From NCBI RefSeq assembly GCF_009914755.1, contig NC_060947.1: a stretch of DNA of 64,000 nt, one strand, 5' to 3'. Source of the stretch: the human T2T-CHM13v2.0 reference genome, Homo sapiens. The position numbers and the translations under genes are program-made. The notes under the pieces are model-generated. The model did no database searches. It was not told the origin of the DNA and saw only the letters and a list, made by a program, of their open reading frames with translations. Positions 12,015-26,679 of this stretch are shown piece by piece. How positions within the stretch are numbered: the stretch's first letter is position 1; every line of letters begins with the position of its first letter.

Positions 12015-12702
12015 GATTGGGTGTGGTGGCTCACACCTGTAATCCTAGTGCTTTAGGAGGCTGAAGTGGGAGGATCATTTGAGGCTAGACATTGTAGACC
12101 AGGCTGGACAACTCTATTAGTTCATTTTCACGCTGCTATAAAGAAATTTTTGACACTGGTTAACTTATAAAGGAAAGTAGTTTAATTAACTCACAGTTCC
12201 GCATGGCTGGGAACGCCTCAGGAAACTTACAATAATGTCAGAAGCGGAAGCAGGCACATCTTACACGGTGGCAGGCGTGCGTGCACATGCAAGAGAGAGA
12301 GGGTGAGCGCGAGTGTGAGTGTAAGTGTGCAGAAAAAAAACTACAATTTATAAAACCATCAGATCTCATGAGAATTCATTCACTATCACAAGAACAGCAT
12401 GGGAGAAACTGTCCCCATAATCCAATCACTTCCCTCCCTCAACACGTGAGGATTACAATTGTCAATGAGATTTGGGTCGGGACACAGAATCAAACTGCAT
12501 TGGCAACATAGTGAGACCACATCTCTCCCAAAAAAAAAATTTTTTTTTAAATTAGCTAGGCATGGTTACACATGCCTATAGTCCCAACTACTTGGGAAGC
12601 TGAGGAGGGAGGATTGCTTGAGTCCAGGAGTTCAAGGCTGCAATGAGCCACAACTGCACCACTGTACTCCAGCCTGGATGATCCAGGATGACCCTCTCTC
12701 TA
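12015..12702 (+). mobile_element. AluJ split by a THE1 LTR (arms 12015-12112 and 12503-12702)
   Basis: gtggctcacacctgtaatcc...ggacaac | atagtgagacc...ggattgcttgagtccaggagttcaaggctgca (J-type diagnostics). Confidence 0.9.
12113..12502 (-). mobile_element. THE1D-type MaLR solo LTR inside AluJ
   Basis: tctattagttcattttcacgctgctataaag...gggacacagaatcaaactgcattg; TSD acaac/gcaac. Confidence 0.9.
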
Positions 12703-12710
12703 AATATGTG

Positions 12711-13141
12711 TATATATATTTTATATTATATATATTATATATAATATATATATTTTATATTATATATATTATATATAATATATATATTTTATATTATATA
12801 TATTATATATAATATATATATTTTATATTATATATATTATATATAATATATATATTTTATATTATATATATTATATATAATATATATATTTTATATTATA
12901 TATATTATATATAATATATATATTTTATATTATATATATTATATATAATATATATATTTTATATTATATATATTATATATAATATATATATTTTATATTA
13001 TATATATTATATATAATATATATTTTCTATTATATATATTATATATAATATATATTTTCTATTATATATATTATATATAATATATATTTTCTATTATATA
13101 TATTATATATAATATATATTTTCTATTATATATATTATATA
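12711..13141. repeat. AT-rich minisatellite: 9 x 34-bp then ~4 x 32-bp units
   Basis: tatatatattttatattatatatattatatataa x9 (12711-13016), then tatatattttctattatatatattatatataa x~3.9. Confidence 0.95.
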
Positions 13142-14499
13142 CAGTACACATATATAATATATATGATATTGTTTGATTACTTGATGAAGGTAGTATCCAC
13201 CAGTGTACTGTAACTCTTTTTTATTCAGTGAGTTACAATCCTTTATAATGCTTTTCTTGATGTGCAAATTATCTCAGAATTGGCCAGGACGAATGCTGTC
13301 AAACTGGCTCCTGTGCCCTTTTAACATGCCTCTATTCCTTGAGCACTTCTTTACTTTATGATGCAACAAGCTGTTCAAAGCTCATTTTATGCTTTCTCTG
13401 CTCTGAACATGAAATCAGCCATTTCCTCATGGAACTTTTGTTCATTTCAATAAGGAATAGTTTAGAAACTAGGATCTGGGCACTAGATGTCTGCATTCCA
13501 ACAAGCTTCATCATGGTGACTAGGTCTTCTCAGTGAACAGGGTGAAATTTATCTGTTGATATATTAAAAACCATGAGTTTATACTCATACCTCCAGTTTC
13601 AATCCACCACCACTGAAAACATTCTAGTCTTTCCCCTTTCCCTTTCCATATTCATAACATTTTTCCTAAAATAGGAAAACATGGCTCCCATTATTCTCAA
13701 TACATTTACTCATTTGTTTAAGACTAAAATATGCAGAAACCTGTTTTAGAATTGCTAATCCATTCCTCCATGATAAGGTAGCCCAATGAGTAGAATTCAA
13801 TATGTGTTTACAGTTTATTTTTATTGAGGTAAAATGTACATGCCTTGAAATTGTTAAATCTTAAGTATACGACTCAATGAATTTTGTCAAATAAATATAC
13901 CTATGTAACCCACACCCCTGTTAAAATTTAGAACATTTCAATCACTCCAGAAAGTTCTCTTGTGTCATTTCCAAGTCAATCCTTCTCTCCTTTCCAGAGG
14001 CACACATTATTCTGAATTTTTCCCCACGGATTGTTTTTGCCTATTCTAGAAGTTAATAAAATGGAATAATATACTATGTTTTTGTTTGTGTGTCTGTGAG
14101 ATCCATTCATGTTATTGCATGTGTCATTCTCCTTTATTACTAAAGATCCGTCGTCCTGTTGATGAACATTTAGATTGTTTCTAATTTTGGATAATTATGA
14201 GTAAAGCTGCTATAAACACTCTTGCACAAGTCTTTTTATGAAAATATATTTTCCTTTCTCTTGAATAAATACCAAGACATTGAATTGTTGGGACAAAAAG
14301 TAGGTGCATGTGTAACTTAAACTGTCAAATATTTTGCCAAAGTTCTTGTATTATTTTATATCCCACCAGCAATGTATGAGAGTTCCAGTCACTCTATATC
14401 ATTCCCACATTGGGTGTTCTTAGTCTTTCCCATCCATCTATTTTACATTCTAGTGGGGGAAAGAGGGTATCTCATTCTGTTTTAATTTAATTAAATTAA

Positions 14500-14805
<306 letters not shown>

Positions 14806-14918
14806 ACATTATGTTTTTAATTTATATTTCCCTGATAACTAGTAATATTAAATGTTTTATGCTTACTGGTTATTCATAGATCTTCTTTTGTGAATATCTT
14901 TTAAAATTTTCTGGTTTT

Positions 14919-15245
<327 letters not shown>

Positions 15246-17070
15246 TTATTGGATTGCAAGAAATCTAAAAAATATACATTCTAGGTAAAAGTCTATATCT
15301 AGGTCAGAAATATTATGCAAATATTTTCTGTTTTCAAGTATACATATGTGTATGTGTGCATATTTATATATAAAGGCCTTTTGCATCTCTATTAATGAGC
15401 CATATGATTTGTAGTTTTCTGCTAGTATCTTTAACTAGTTTGAGTATCATGATTATGATGGTTTTACAAGACAAGTTAGGAAGTGATCCCTCCAACTCTT
15501 TTATCTGAAACATTGCTATTACTTCTTAAGACATTTGATGAAACTCACAGTGAAACCATCTGGGCCTGGATATACTTTTTTATGAGCAGGTTTTTGGAGA
15601 GGAATTGAATTTTTTTTATAGATTTAGGGCTAGTCAGAGTTTCTATTTCATATTGTTGCAGTTTCAGTGACTATTTTTTAAATCATTTATTTTATCTAAG
15701 TTTTCAAACTGGCACAAAGTTGTTTATAATATTGCCTTAATATTCTTATTATATCTATAGGATTTATAGTGCTATCCTGTCTTTCTTTCTGGTATTGGTA
15801 ATTTGTGTTTTTACATCTTTCTTTTTTGAGATAAGTCTTGCTACAGCATTATCAATTTTAATGATCTTTTCGGATAGTCAACTGCTGGACTGAATTGATT
15901 TTTCCTAGTGTTTGCCTACCTGCAATTTTATTTATGTATGCTCTTGTCTTTATTACTTCCTTTTTTCTGCCTACTTTGGGTTTAATTTACTTGTCTTTTA
16001 AAATCTTCTTAAGGTTAGAAACTTATATAATCTATTTTAAACATTTTTTAGCATAAACATTTGTATTATACAATTTTTTCCAACTCCCTTAGCCACATCC
16101 CACAAATTTTTATGTGCTGTATTTTCATCATTATTTAGTTGAAATAATTTTCCAGTTACCATTACGATTTATTATTTGGTATATGGTATATTTAGAAATG
16201 TGTTAATTTCCATATGTTAGTGCTTTTTAAACATAATTTATTGTTGTTCATTTCTAACTTAATTCCACTGTGATCAAAGAACATGCATACTCTGTAACAG
16301 CTCACATTGTGTAATTTATTGGGACATATTTTATGTCTTATTTTTAATCTAATCATTCTACCAATGCAGAAAAAGGAATGTAAAAATCTCTGACTTCTCA
16401 CTTTTATTATGGCTTAGTGTATTTCTTTGTTCTGTCAGGGTTTGCTTATGTATTTTGAAGATTTTTTATTAGGTGTAGATACATTTATAGTTGTTTATGT
16501 CTCCTGGATGAATTGACCCCTTTGCCATTACAAAATGTCCTTCTTTATCTTTGGGAATACTCTTTGTTTTATAGTCTGTTCTGTTAATAGAGCAACTCCA
16601 TCTTTCTTTCTTAGCTTTTTCCATTCTTTTATTCTCAACCTGTGTTTTGTATTTAAAAATGTATCTCTTATAGACAACATATAGATGTTCCTTGCTTTTT
16701 ATCCAATTTGACAATTGTAGCCTTTTAATTGAACTATTTATTCCCTTTACATTCAATATATATATGATATGCTTAAGTTTATGCCTTCTATTTGCTGTGT
16801 ATTTTCAATTTGTCCCATCTGGTTTTTTTTTCTGCTCTGTTTTTCCCTTCATGCTTTCTTCTGGGTTAATCAAATATTTTTTAGTCCTTCATTTTAATCT
16901 CTTTATGGTCATTTAAGTACTGTACATTCATTTTAGGGGTGTTATTAGGGATTATAATATGTATATTTATTCCAATCTACTTAGAGTTAGTTTTTCTACT
17001 TATAAAATATGGAAACTTTGCTTTGCAACAGTTTGTTTTCATTTATCCCCCATCACTCTTTGTGGATGAT

Positions 17071-17071
17071 T

Positions 17072-17128
<57 letters not shown>

Positions 17129-17160
17129 CACACAGACACACATATATATAATTTATATAC
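17071..17160. repeat. Compound (CA)n/(TA)n microsatellite
   Basis: Direct reading. Confidence 0.9.
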
Positions 17161-18174
17161 ATTGTATTTATACTTATTTGTATTTATATTTTATTTTTAT
17201 CCATGGTAGTCCCAAAACAATGTTATAATGTTTAAACTTTAAAAAAGTAAGACCAGGAGGCAGCTCCAAGTGAGTGTAGAGGCATCATTAAAAAATGATG
17301 ACTAATAAACTTAGGTGAAAAATGTGTTCCTTGCTAATTTAATAATTCATGAGTTGCTGTCAGTGTATGCATATATGTACAAGCACATTTATATAGAGAC
17401 AGTATTTGTGTTCAGATTCATTTGTGTGACATTGTTTACAAGAAAATTGGCGAAAGGAGTTACCAATTCAGACATCTCTTCCACTTGTGGTGATGGTTAA
17501 GTTAGGTAAGTGACCTCTTTTTTGAACACATCATTTAAATGACTTTCTAGTAAAATGACTACCTGAATCTTAGTTATTCCCTTAATACCTGGGCAGAGTG
17601 TGAAACAAAAGCAGTATTTCAGGTTAGGATAAGAAAATTTGACCCAACATGGAAAGGATGGATTATGGAATGGATGGAAAGAAAGGATTATGATACTCCC
17701 TCTAATAAAACATGAAATAAAAATCCACAATTAGCTGAAGCAGCAAGATGCAGCCTATTCTCTTTTATTGGAAGTGTACATCATCTAATTCAGTATCTAG
17801 AGGCTTTAGAGTCAGTTAAAGATACCTGTGAATTATTTGTTGTTACGGCAGTAATGTCAATTCCTCAAAATAGTTCCATTATGGAAACAGGCCTTTAATT
17901 TTCAATCCCAAGTGATACAGTCAGATAACTTATGTCCTACCATTGTTCCTGAGACAACTTGCTCTTTTTTCTTTTTGTTGGGAAATCTGTTTAGATACAG
18001 AAATAGTTGGTATGACATTTTTCCTGAAGTTGTATAGCAATATACATGAGGAAAGCTCAGGAATTATATGGAATCTTTGCATTTTTTAAAAGGATATTTA
18101 GGACTTTAAGACTTGTACATATACTGTCATACTTTTATATACATTGTAAATAGTTAAGATAAAAGTCAACTTTG

Positions 18175-18352
18175 CATAACCTTATATAGTTTTTTTTTGT
18201 GGTGAGAACACTTAAAATCTCTGTAAGGTAATGCACATGTTAATTAGCTTGGGTTAGGAATTCTACTATGTATATACATTTTGAAACATCATGTTGTACA
18301 TGATAGATATATATAACTTTATTTGTCAATTTAAAAAAATGAAACACTTTTA
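18175..18352 (+). mobile_element. Very short L1MA 3' end with 5' inversion
   Basis: 18175-18220 antisense and 18221-18352 sense L1MA7/8-like tail; TSD aaaagtcaactttg / aaaaggcaactttg. Confidence 0.8.
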
Positions 18353-20844
18353 AAAAGGCAACTTTGGACATTTGTTCTTTCTCCATATGCCCAAGATATT
18401 TTTCATAGATTTAAACCACAGTTAATTCCCAATTAAATGAACAAGAGGTATAAAATAATGGGAAAGTAGAATGCTGAGAGACCACCACATCCAACAAACT
18501 ACTCAACTTTGAAATTTGTGTTCATTCAAATACACTGACATTGTCAGAATTTATGCTGTGGGCATTCCAAAAGTTCAGCATACAGTGATACAATTCCCCA
18601 TTCCGACCCAGTACACAGTACTCCTGGGAATGGAATAGCTCATTCTTTCTCTTTTTTTGCTATCTCCCAAAACCAGCCTATAGTGATGTGCCTGAACTCA
18701 AATGGGAAGATTTCAAAGATCTTGCTTAGAATTTGTAAAAGTTAGGGTTATTACTGATGTGAAATTTTAACAGATAAAGTAATTGAACAGAGTACAGTAG
18801 GTATTCTCTGTCAATAATTGTGAAACCTAGTGATCAGAAATGATTTTAGGTCACAGAATGACTTCAACAGAAACAGGGACAAACATCAGGACTCGATCCT
18901 TTCCATCTTTTAGCCACATTTCTTCTCCTAGTAGAAAGCAGAGAAAAATTAGAGTTGTAAGGTCTATTGATGCATCTTGGTAAGAACATTTGCAGTTAAA
19001 CCATTGAGCTCCTAAAGAGATGCATCTCACTGTTACACTTTGTGCCCCCCTCCATTTGTTTATTCTTCCATGTCATGCACAGGGCAACTAGAGGTACCTA
19101 CCAGTAATATTACATTTTGGTTAACTATTCTTTACACACAAAAAAGATCTTTCACAATAGTCTCAATAACCTCCTTTTGCAGTGATTTTTTTACAGATTT
19201 TGTTTAGGACATGTGAATGTAGATGATTTACTGTACAGTTTAATAACATAACTGCTTTGTTACTCACCAAAGTTTAGGTAAATAAATTTATGGCATGAGG
19301 GAGTGCGGGAATGGAGGGGTGGGGAAACACAGAGCTCACCATACACTCACATTTTTAATGCCATACTTCTTATCAAAGAGAGGTTACTTTAGAAAACCCT
19401 ATGGCAGTGGACTTTTGTTCTTATGGCATCAGCAAGGATTATGTAGCAATTCATTTGCAGATGTAGATTTTAGCCCAAGTAAATTATAATCAAAATCTAT
19501 CTGACACATTGTGCTTCCTTTATCTAAATTGCCCTGTTAATGAGTTTTCTGAATACACTAAATCATAATCTTTTATGAATCATTTCAGTTTAAAAGCCTT
19601 CAGAATCTCAATTAGATTATCTTAGATGAAGAGAAAAGTAAATGTTACAATGAATGTCTCTAACTGTGGCAAAGTGGAATGTTATCTCTTAAACCACTGT
19701 CTCCTTTAGTGGCTTCTTCCAAGACCAGGACCTACAATTTGTTCCCATTTGCTTGAAAAAAAAAAATCACTAATATTGGTGGTATTTGGTAGTGAACTTA
19801 CCCTCTAGTCGATCTTGCTGTTTTCAAGGATGATGCTCAGCATGACATACTCTGGGCTTTTAAAAGAGCCTTTCTTTGTATGTATCAACACGGTAGTTTC
19901 TGTAGCTGCGGACAATCAAGCAGACCAAACAGGCTAAGCCAGACTGTGTCGGATCACACCACAAATTAGAGGCAGATGCACTTTTTTCAATCTGGCGTTC
20001 TCCTTTGACTTACTATATCATTCTCCATTTTTTCCTTCTATTATGTTATACCACACCTAATTTCCCAAAAGGCTGAGTCATTTTATGAAAATACATAAAA
20101 TATGTGGAAATGGGTGAAAAGGAAACTAAGGGTGAGTAAGCTAAGATGGAGCCAGGATAAGGTCAGTAAGCCAATGCAAATCATGCTGCTATATGATTCA
20201 GCTGCAGGTACAGAAGAGCCTCTTTAAACATAGCCTGTAGCAACTGGGGTCAGGATGGAGTGAGATGGGAGGGCATGAAAGTATCTAATGTTTACAACAT
20301 TTCAGTGGCCATCTTATTCTAGTTCTCTAGGGAAGAATATCAGTCCCTCTGGAAAAGGGAGGGAAAGGATGAGAAGCTGAAAGACTGCAATCATTTTTTA
20401 AATTGTCAAATGAGTCCATTTGTTGGAACAGAAATAATTTAGTAGAAAATAGGCAATCAAGTTGAAGTTTTCTTCTCCTCACTATTTAATCTTGATATAT
20501 TGAGAGGCTCTTAACATATTAAAAATGGACAATGACCAAAATGAGAATTGGAATTTCAGCCAAAAGTATATGTGCTTTCATCCACTTGTGGAAATACAAG
20601 TTCTAAATGATAATTAATGTTAGTCCCCCATCCAGAGTGATATCCTTATTCTGTGTAGCTTTGGCCATACAAACCAGCCTGGTCCATCAACAGGGAACAA
20701 CTTGACCTCTGATGAGGAACACTTTTACCCTGACAGAAAGTGGTAATGTTTTCTTAGCTTCTGTAGTCTGACTTAATGTCAGGCAAAGGCAACTTTGAAG
20801 AGACAGTCCTTCAAATAATACTATTGGCACATAATATTTATTAC

Positions 20845-21044
20845 CTTTTTTTAAAAAAAAATGAGATGAAAGTCACATAATTTAGAATTAATCATTTTAA
20901 AGTGTATGATTCAGTGGCCTTTAGTACATTCACAATATTGTGCAACTATAACCCGTATCTAATTCCAAAACATTTTCATCATCACAAAAGAAAACCCCAT
21001 ACCTGTTTTATTAGTCAGGGTTCCCTAGAGGGACAGAACTAATG

Positions 21045-21117
<73 letters not shown>

Positions 21118-21392
21118 TTTTATTAAGTATTAACTTACAAGATCACAAGGTCCCACAGTAGGCTGTCTGCAAGCTTGAGGAGCAAGGAGAGCCAGCCCGA
21201 GTCTCAAAATTGAAGAATTTGGAGTCTGATGTTTGAGGGCAGGAAGCATCCAGCATGAGAGAAAGATGTAGGCTGGGAGGCTATGCCAGTCTCTCCTTTT
21301 CACTAATTTGTGATTGAAGGATGCAAAGTTAAGCAGTTACTCTCCATCTCCCTCTCTCCCTAGCCCCTGGCAACCATTAATTTGTTTTCTGT
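20845..21392 (-). mobile_element. L1MB 3' end split by MLT2A
   Basis: cattttaaagtgtatgattcagtggcctttagtacattcac...ccccatacc | taagcagttactctcc...cccctggcaaccattaat. Confidence 0.8.
21007..21329 (-). mobile_element. MLT2A1-type ERVL LTR, U3 largely lost, with internal (TA)n at ~21049-21115
   Basis: attagtcagggttccctagagggacagaactaat...gggcaggaagcatccagcatgagagaaagatgtaggctgggagg. Confidence 0.88.
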
Positions 21393-21492
21393 TGTGCATT
21401 CCTTGTTGACTATATGCTTTTTGATGAGGCTGGTGAAAAACAGATGGAACTAACACTGGGCAAATTAGTCTGCTGTAATAAGAAGGGTATTA

Positions 21493-21812
<320 letters not shown>

Positions 21813-23334
21813 AAATAAATATAGCTGGTGATGGGCCATTATAAAAAAATCTGCTTGCTAATCAATGAAAAAAGGCATGAAATGAGTGATGGCCAAGACT
21901 GTGTACTCGTTAGTTATCTAGATTTAACCAGAAAAATGAAGCAACAATATATGAACAATTTAGTTAAAATAAAGACATTGCAAAAACAGTTATTGATGAA
22001 ACCAGGCAGAGAAAGAGCAGGGTCAGGAAATTTGAGTACATGTGTAGGCTTTCCATCTTAAGGAGAAAAAAAATTGGATACCATCTGGTACAAGCACTAC
22101 TCTCCCATGTAACATGAAAACTTGATGAAAACAAAATCAAATAAACCTTGAATGAAGAATCTTACTCATAAGAAAGTTCAACTTCATCCATGTGCAAATG
22201 TTTGGGCATGTTGGGAGGCAGAGATTAATAGGAGTGACAATGGGTATAAACTGAAGGAGCTGTTAAATCCAATTTTGCCTTCACTGTGTAATGACACAAT
22301 TCACCTTCTACCATTCAGTGCCTCCTGAAACCAGATGCACTTGAAATACTGATGGGGAGCGGGGGAACATTGTTTAAACATTCAGTTTTAACCCATGACT
22401 CAAGGTTGAAGGTCTCCAGTAATTTTTTTTTTTTGAGGTAAAAAGCCCAATATCTGTAAAGCCAAACTTGAGATAGCTAAATTAGGAATCACTAAAGGCC
22501 CTAATCCAGGGTTCAGTAGTAATCACTTTGGTGACCTTAGGCTAGTAATTTACCCATTCTAATCCTATTTTCTCATCTCACTCTGCCTAGCTCATAATAA
22601 TTTTTTTAAAGTAGAACTAGGCTGTATGTTTAAAAACACTTTGAAATAGAACTCAGCAACTTTTTAGTTTGAATATTTACAAATATCTGTTTATTGGACC
22701 TGTAAAAATAAGGGAAAAACCCTTTCTGTGTGACACAAATATTTATTAAGGGCTTAATCACTAGCATTGAATTCCTCTATAAAGTATAGTCACTAATACT
22801 TCACACTGGTTTTTGATGAGGTTTGCAAATATGAAACAGTGTTGACAGTGATGATCCATTTGCATGGGGTTTTCGCTTTTTCTCCTCTCAGCTTCTTAGT
22901 TTATCTTAAAGCCCTCAGAAGCTTCTTGTATTTCTTCAACCTAAACCACAATATTTTATCTGTATGTCTTGAGATTTTGGAGGAACCAAGGCATTTTCGA
23001 GGAATTATAAGTCATTTCTTGTTGTTGAAATTCACACTTGGGAGAAGAGTGTCCTTATAAAAGATTATTCTGGAGAGCTAAACATAATCCAGATCATGAA
23101 GGATCGTTCATGATAGATATGAACCAGGTTAAGAAGCTCCTTTTTTAGACCCTTATTTAAGGTCAGAAATCCTGTTTGGTGGCCAGTCAGTCTTCAACAG
23201 CCTTCTTTACTGAACAAAGACTCAAAGACTCTCTGAAGTGGCATTTTTCTTTTTTCCCCCCTGAGAACAAAAAGCATTAATATAACTTAGGTGGAAAAAG
23301 TGAAATATGAGAACAGGACAGAGCTACTTCTGTG

Positions 23335-23785
<451 letters not shown>

Positions 23786-23799
23786 AGAAGTAAGTATTT

Positions 23800-24230
23800 T
23801 CTAAATTACTGTGTGCTGAGAACACTTAGGCACTCCTCTAGGAGTTTTATGTTAGAGAACTATGCAAGATCGTGTAGAAGCAAGGGCCAAGTTATATGGT
23901 ACATCCAATAGGTGCTATAGAAATAAATAAAAGGAAGACATTACTGGGATTTGTTCAGTCAGAGAAAAAAAATTTTTTTGGAGGAGTTGGAACCTGAGCT
24001 AGCTCTCAGAGAAAAATATAAGAAGTAGATCAATTAAAGTTGGAGGCAGGAGCATGGGTTATTCCAAACAGAGACAAGAATAAGGTGAAGGCACAGAGAG
24101 AGAAATGAACAGAGTGTGTATTGAAAGGACTCTGACTTGGTACAATACTAGAGTCATGGTGGGGAGTAGTGAAGTGAAGCCTGGTGTGGCAGGGTAAGCT
24201 ATGTAGAAGGCCTTGAATGCCAACCACAGG
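23800..24230 (-). mobile_element. L2 fragments
   Basis: ggaggagttggaacctgagctag; gaaggccttgaatgccaa. Confidence 0.5.
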
Positions 24231-25499
24231 GCTTTCTCTCTGCCTTAGAACTGTTTATTGAATAAGCAAATTTCTGCCTGTCTCAGGTACTCTCACTATT
24301 GTTATCCATCAAGCAGAACATGAGTTGCATTTGCTTTCCAAAGTGCTGTTATATTTTATGTTTATGAGGAGAAATGTGACAATACAGGTCCAGGTGTCCA
24401 AAGGGAATTATAGCTATCGCCTTCAATGCAATACAAAACTCCATGGCTGCTGGGATTTTCATGCCCACTGGCAGCCCAGAGATACATTATTTATTTCAAA
24501 TTATACCTTTTCCCCTAATGGGCCTGTGTTTCTTTCAATGTTCTGCTAGTTCTAGCAGCTTCAGCTGTTGCTGTCATACTTAATAAGGACTTTGTGGAGC
24601 TTAGATATTGTGCGGCTGCACTATCTTTCCCACAGCCCAGTAAAGGAGCTTTGAGATGAGCTTTTTCTTTCTGTGTTGGCTATGTTTAGATTTCAACCTG
24701 AAAAATATTCCAGGTTGACCCACAGCTTATTCTGCTATCAGTGAGAGGGTAGGAATCAGTAAGATTAGCTTCCTCTAATGCCACAGCAAGGTCACCCACG
24801 AAGCCCGTAGCTTGTCGAATTGCATGAAGTGATCCAAGCTAGTTCAAAACTCCCAATGTATTAAATGTCGGTGCCCACTTTTGCAAATTCAGGCATCCAA
24901 ATTGTGCCTGGTATGAAGCATTAGGCAGTGGGTCTAGGAAATTGAGCTCAAGGGCAGGAACATCATAACTTTGGAATTATTGGCGTTGACATGGCTATTT
25001 TCACTCATTGTGATAGGAATATGTTCCTGAAAGAAGCAAGATGATTCTAAAAAGTACCGTGCAATTATAAAATAGTGGGAAATTAAAGAAGGGTGCTTTT
25101 GTGCTTGCTTTCTTGCCACTGATTTTGCATTCCCTATTTTACTTCATGGTAGTCTATATGTCACTCAAATCAAATATAATTGGTGCTGTTTAGTATTTGG
25201 TAATTTTACTGCTGCTTGTACAACATACGCAAATATTCTAAAATGTGTTAATGATGTCAGTACATCACAAATAAAATGCACGTGAAATGGAAATAACGCT
25301 GTGCACACTCATACACCCACAAGTGCATGGGAGTCTGATCTTGATAGATTCAGAAGAACCCTTAGCTGGCAGTTTTAATAGGCGATCATAGAAAAGAATG
25401 CCAGCAAAAATGACAGAGCTCATATTTCTACTGACAAAATACCAAAATGACTTACGAGTTATTTTCTCAAAAATGGAAGGGGGCAGAACTGAAGAGTCA

Positions 25500-25531
<32 letters not shown>

Positions 25532-25540
25532 ATGTGTGTA
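25500..25540. repeat. Interrupted (TG)n microsatellite
   Basis: Direct reading. Confidence 0.9.
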
Positions 25541-26047
25541 CAGACTTATATAAGGTCAGTGGTAGATTGGCGAGATAGACTAATATGTGAGTAAAGTTAT
25601 GGAGTTTAATAACATAATCATGGTTAACTAACAGGATCTGAAACTGTAAAAAATATAGGGAAGCATCAGTATTTGATGAGGAAGATTGGGGGTACTGGGC
25701 TGGGCAGCTACGATAGAACTGGGAACAGAACTCTTACATTGAACTGACATTTAGCCCTTGACTTTATGAATGTGTGTTGAGGTTGCAACTACAAAGTAAC
25801 TACATTTCTTAAGTGTCAGAATAGTGAATTCTAACCACTTGGCAACCACGTTTCAGAGGGAGGATTGTAGTTACTTCACTAACTGGGTCTAGGGGCAATA
25901 AGGAGAAGAAATGGCTGCCTACTAGGCAACTGCACACATTCAGTAAGGTGGGGGGAGGAGGAAGACTATTGGTAACACTCACAGAAAAGTGGGGCCTGCC
26001 TGCCCAGAGACAGAGAATTACAGTTGAGAAAGGCCTGTCTGCCTGGA

Positions 26048-26296
26048 AGTGTGTGTGAGTATATTGTGTGAGTATATGTGTACGTGTATATGTGCAGGTA
26101 TGTGTATGTGTGTTTGTGTGTGTGAGGATATGTGAGTGTGGGTATGTGTACATGTGAATGTGTGTATGTGTATGCATATGTGTGAGCATGTTGTATAAGT
26201 GTGTATGTGTTTATGTGTGAGTGTATATATTTGAGTGTCTTATGCATGTGTGTATGTGTGAATGTGTAGATGTATGAGTGTATAAGCCTGTGAGTG
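26048..26296. repeat. Degenerate TG/TA-rich simple repeat
   Basis: Direct reading; source of the His/Thr-rich spurious ORFs. Confidence 0.9.
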
Positions 26297-26679
26297 AAGT
26301 TTACACTGATGCAGAAGAGGGCTGGAGCCCATGGAGAGAGGTGATCAGTTTGAACCAGGCCTGATTTGAACCCTGCCCCATGCCTGGTGAGCCCATGCTC
26401 TGCACCAGTGTTTCATCCCTAGCTTTGCACATAAACACCATCTCTCTCTGGAAAATCTTTCCAGTCTCTGACTGGGTAATGTAATGTAGCCCCATCCCTC
26501 AAGGACCAGCTCAGGTGCAGCCTCCTCCATGAAGCCTTCCATGATTTCATTTCCCCTATCTCCAACAGATGTGACCTCTCCTGTGGCTATGGGTTTGGGG
26601 TGGGGCATCTGTGCTGGGGTGTAGAGGAGTGTTGGAACACTGAGATGGGAGCAAACTGACAGGAAGAATCAGAGGTATA

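Larger units (their letters stand above)
11500..13812 (-). mobile_element. L1MC (MC4-like) fragments interrupted by AluJ/THE1/minisatellite
   Basis: atcatgcccctttc...cttcagtgtgtatttcc; resumes ~13165 with aaactggctcctgtgcccttttaacatg...ctaggatctgggcactagatg. Confidence 0.6.

Noticed and set aside
12711-13141. Regular 34-bp repeat as a CRISPR-like array
   Set aside because: Units are head-to-tail with no spacers, A/T only, in primate DNA with no cas genes
23093-23114. Short hairpin atcatgaa...ttcatgat
   Set aside because: An 8-bp stem is expected by chance in 64 kb
25809-26247. His/Thr-rich ORFs
   Set aside because: Translation of a degenerate (CA)n repeat
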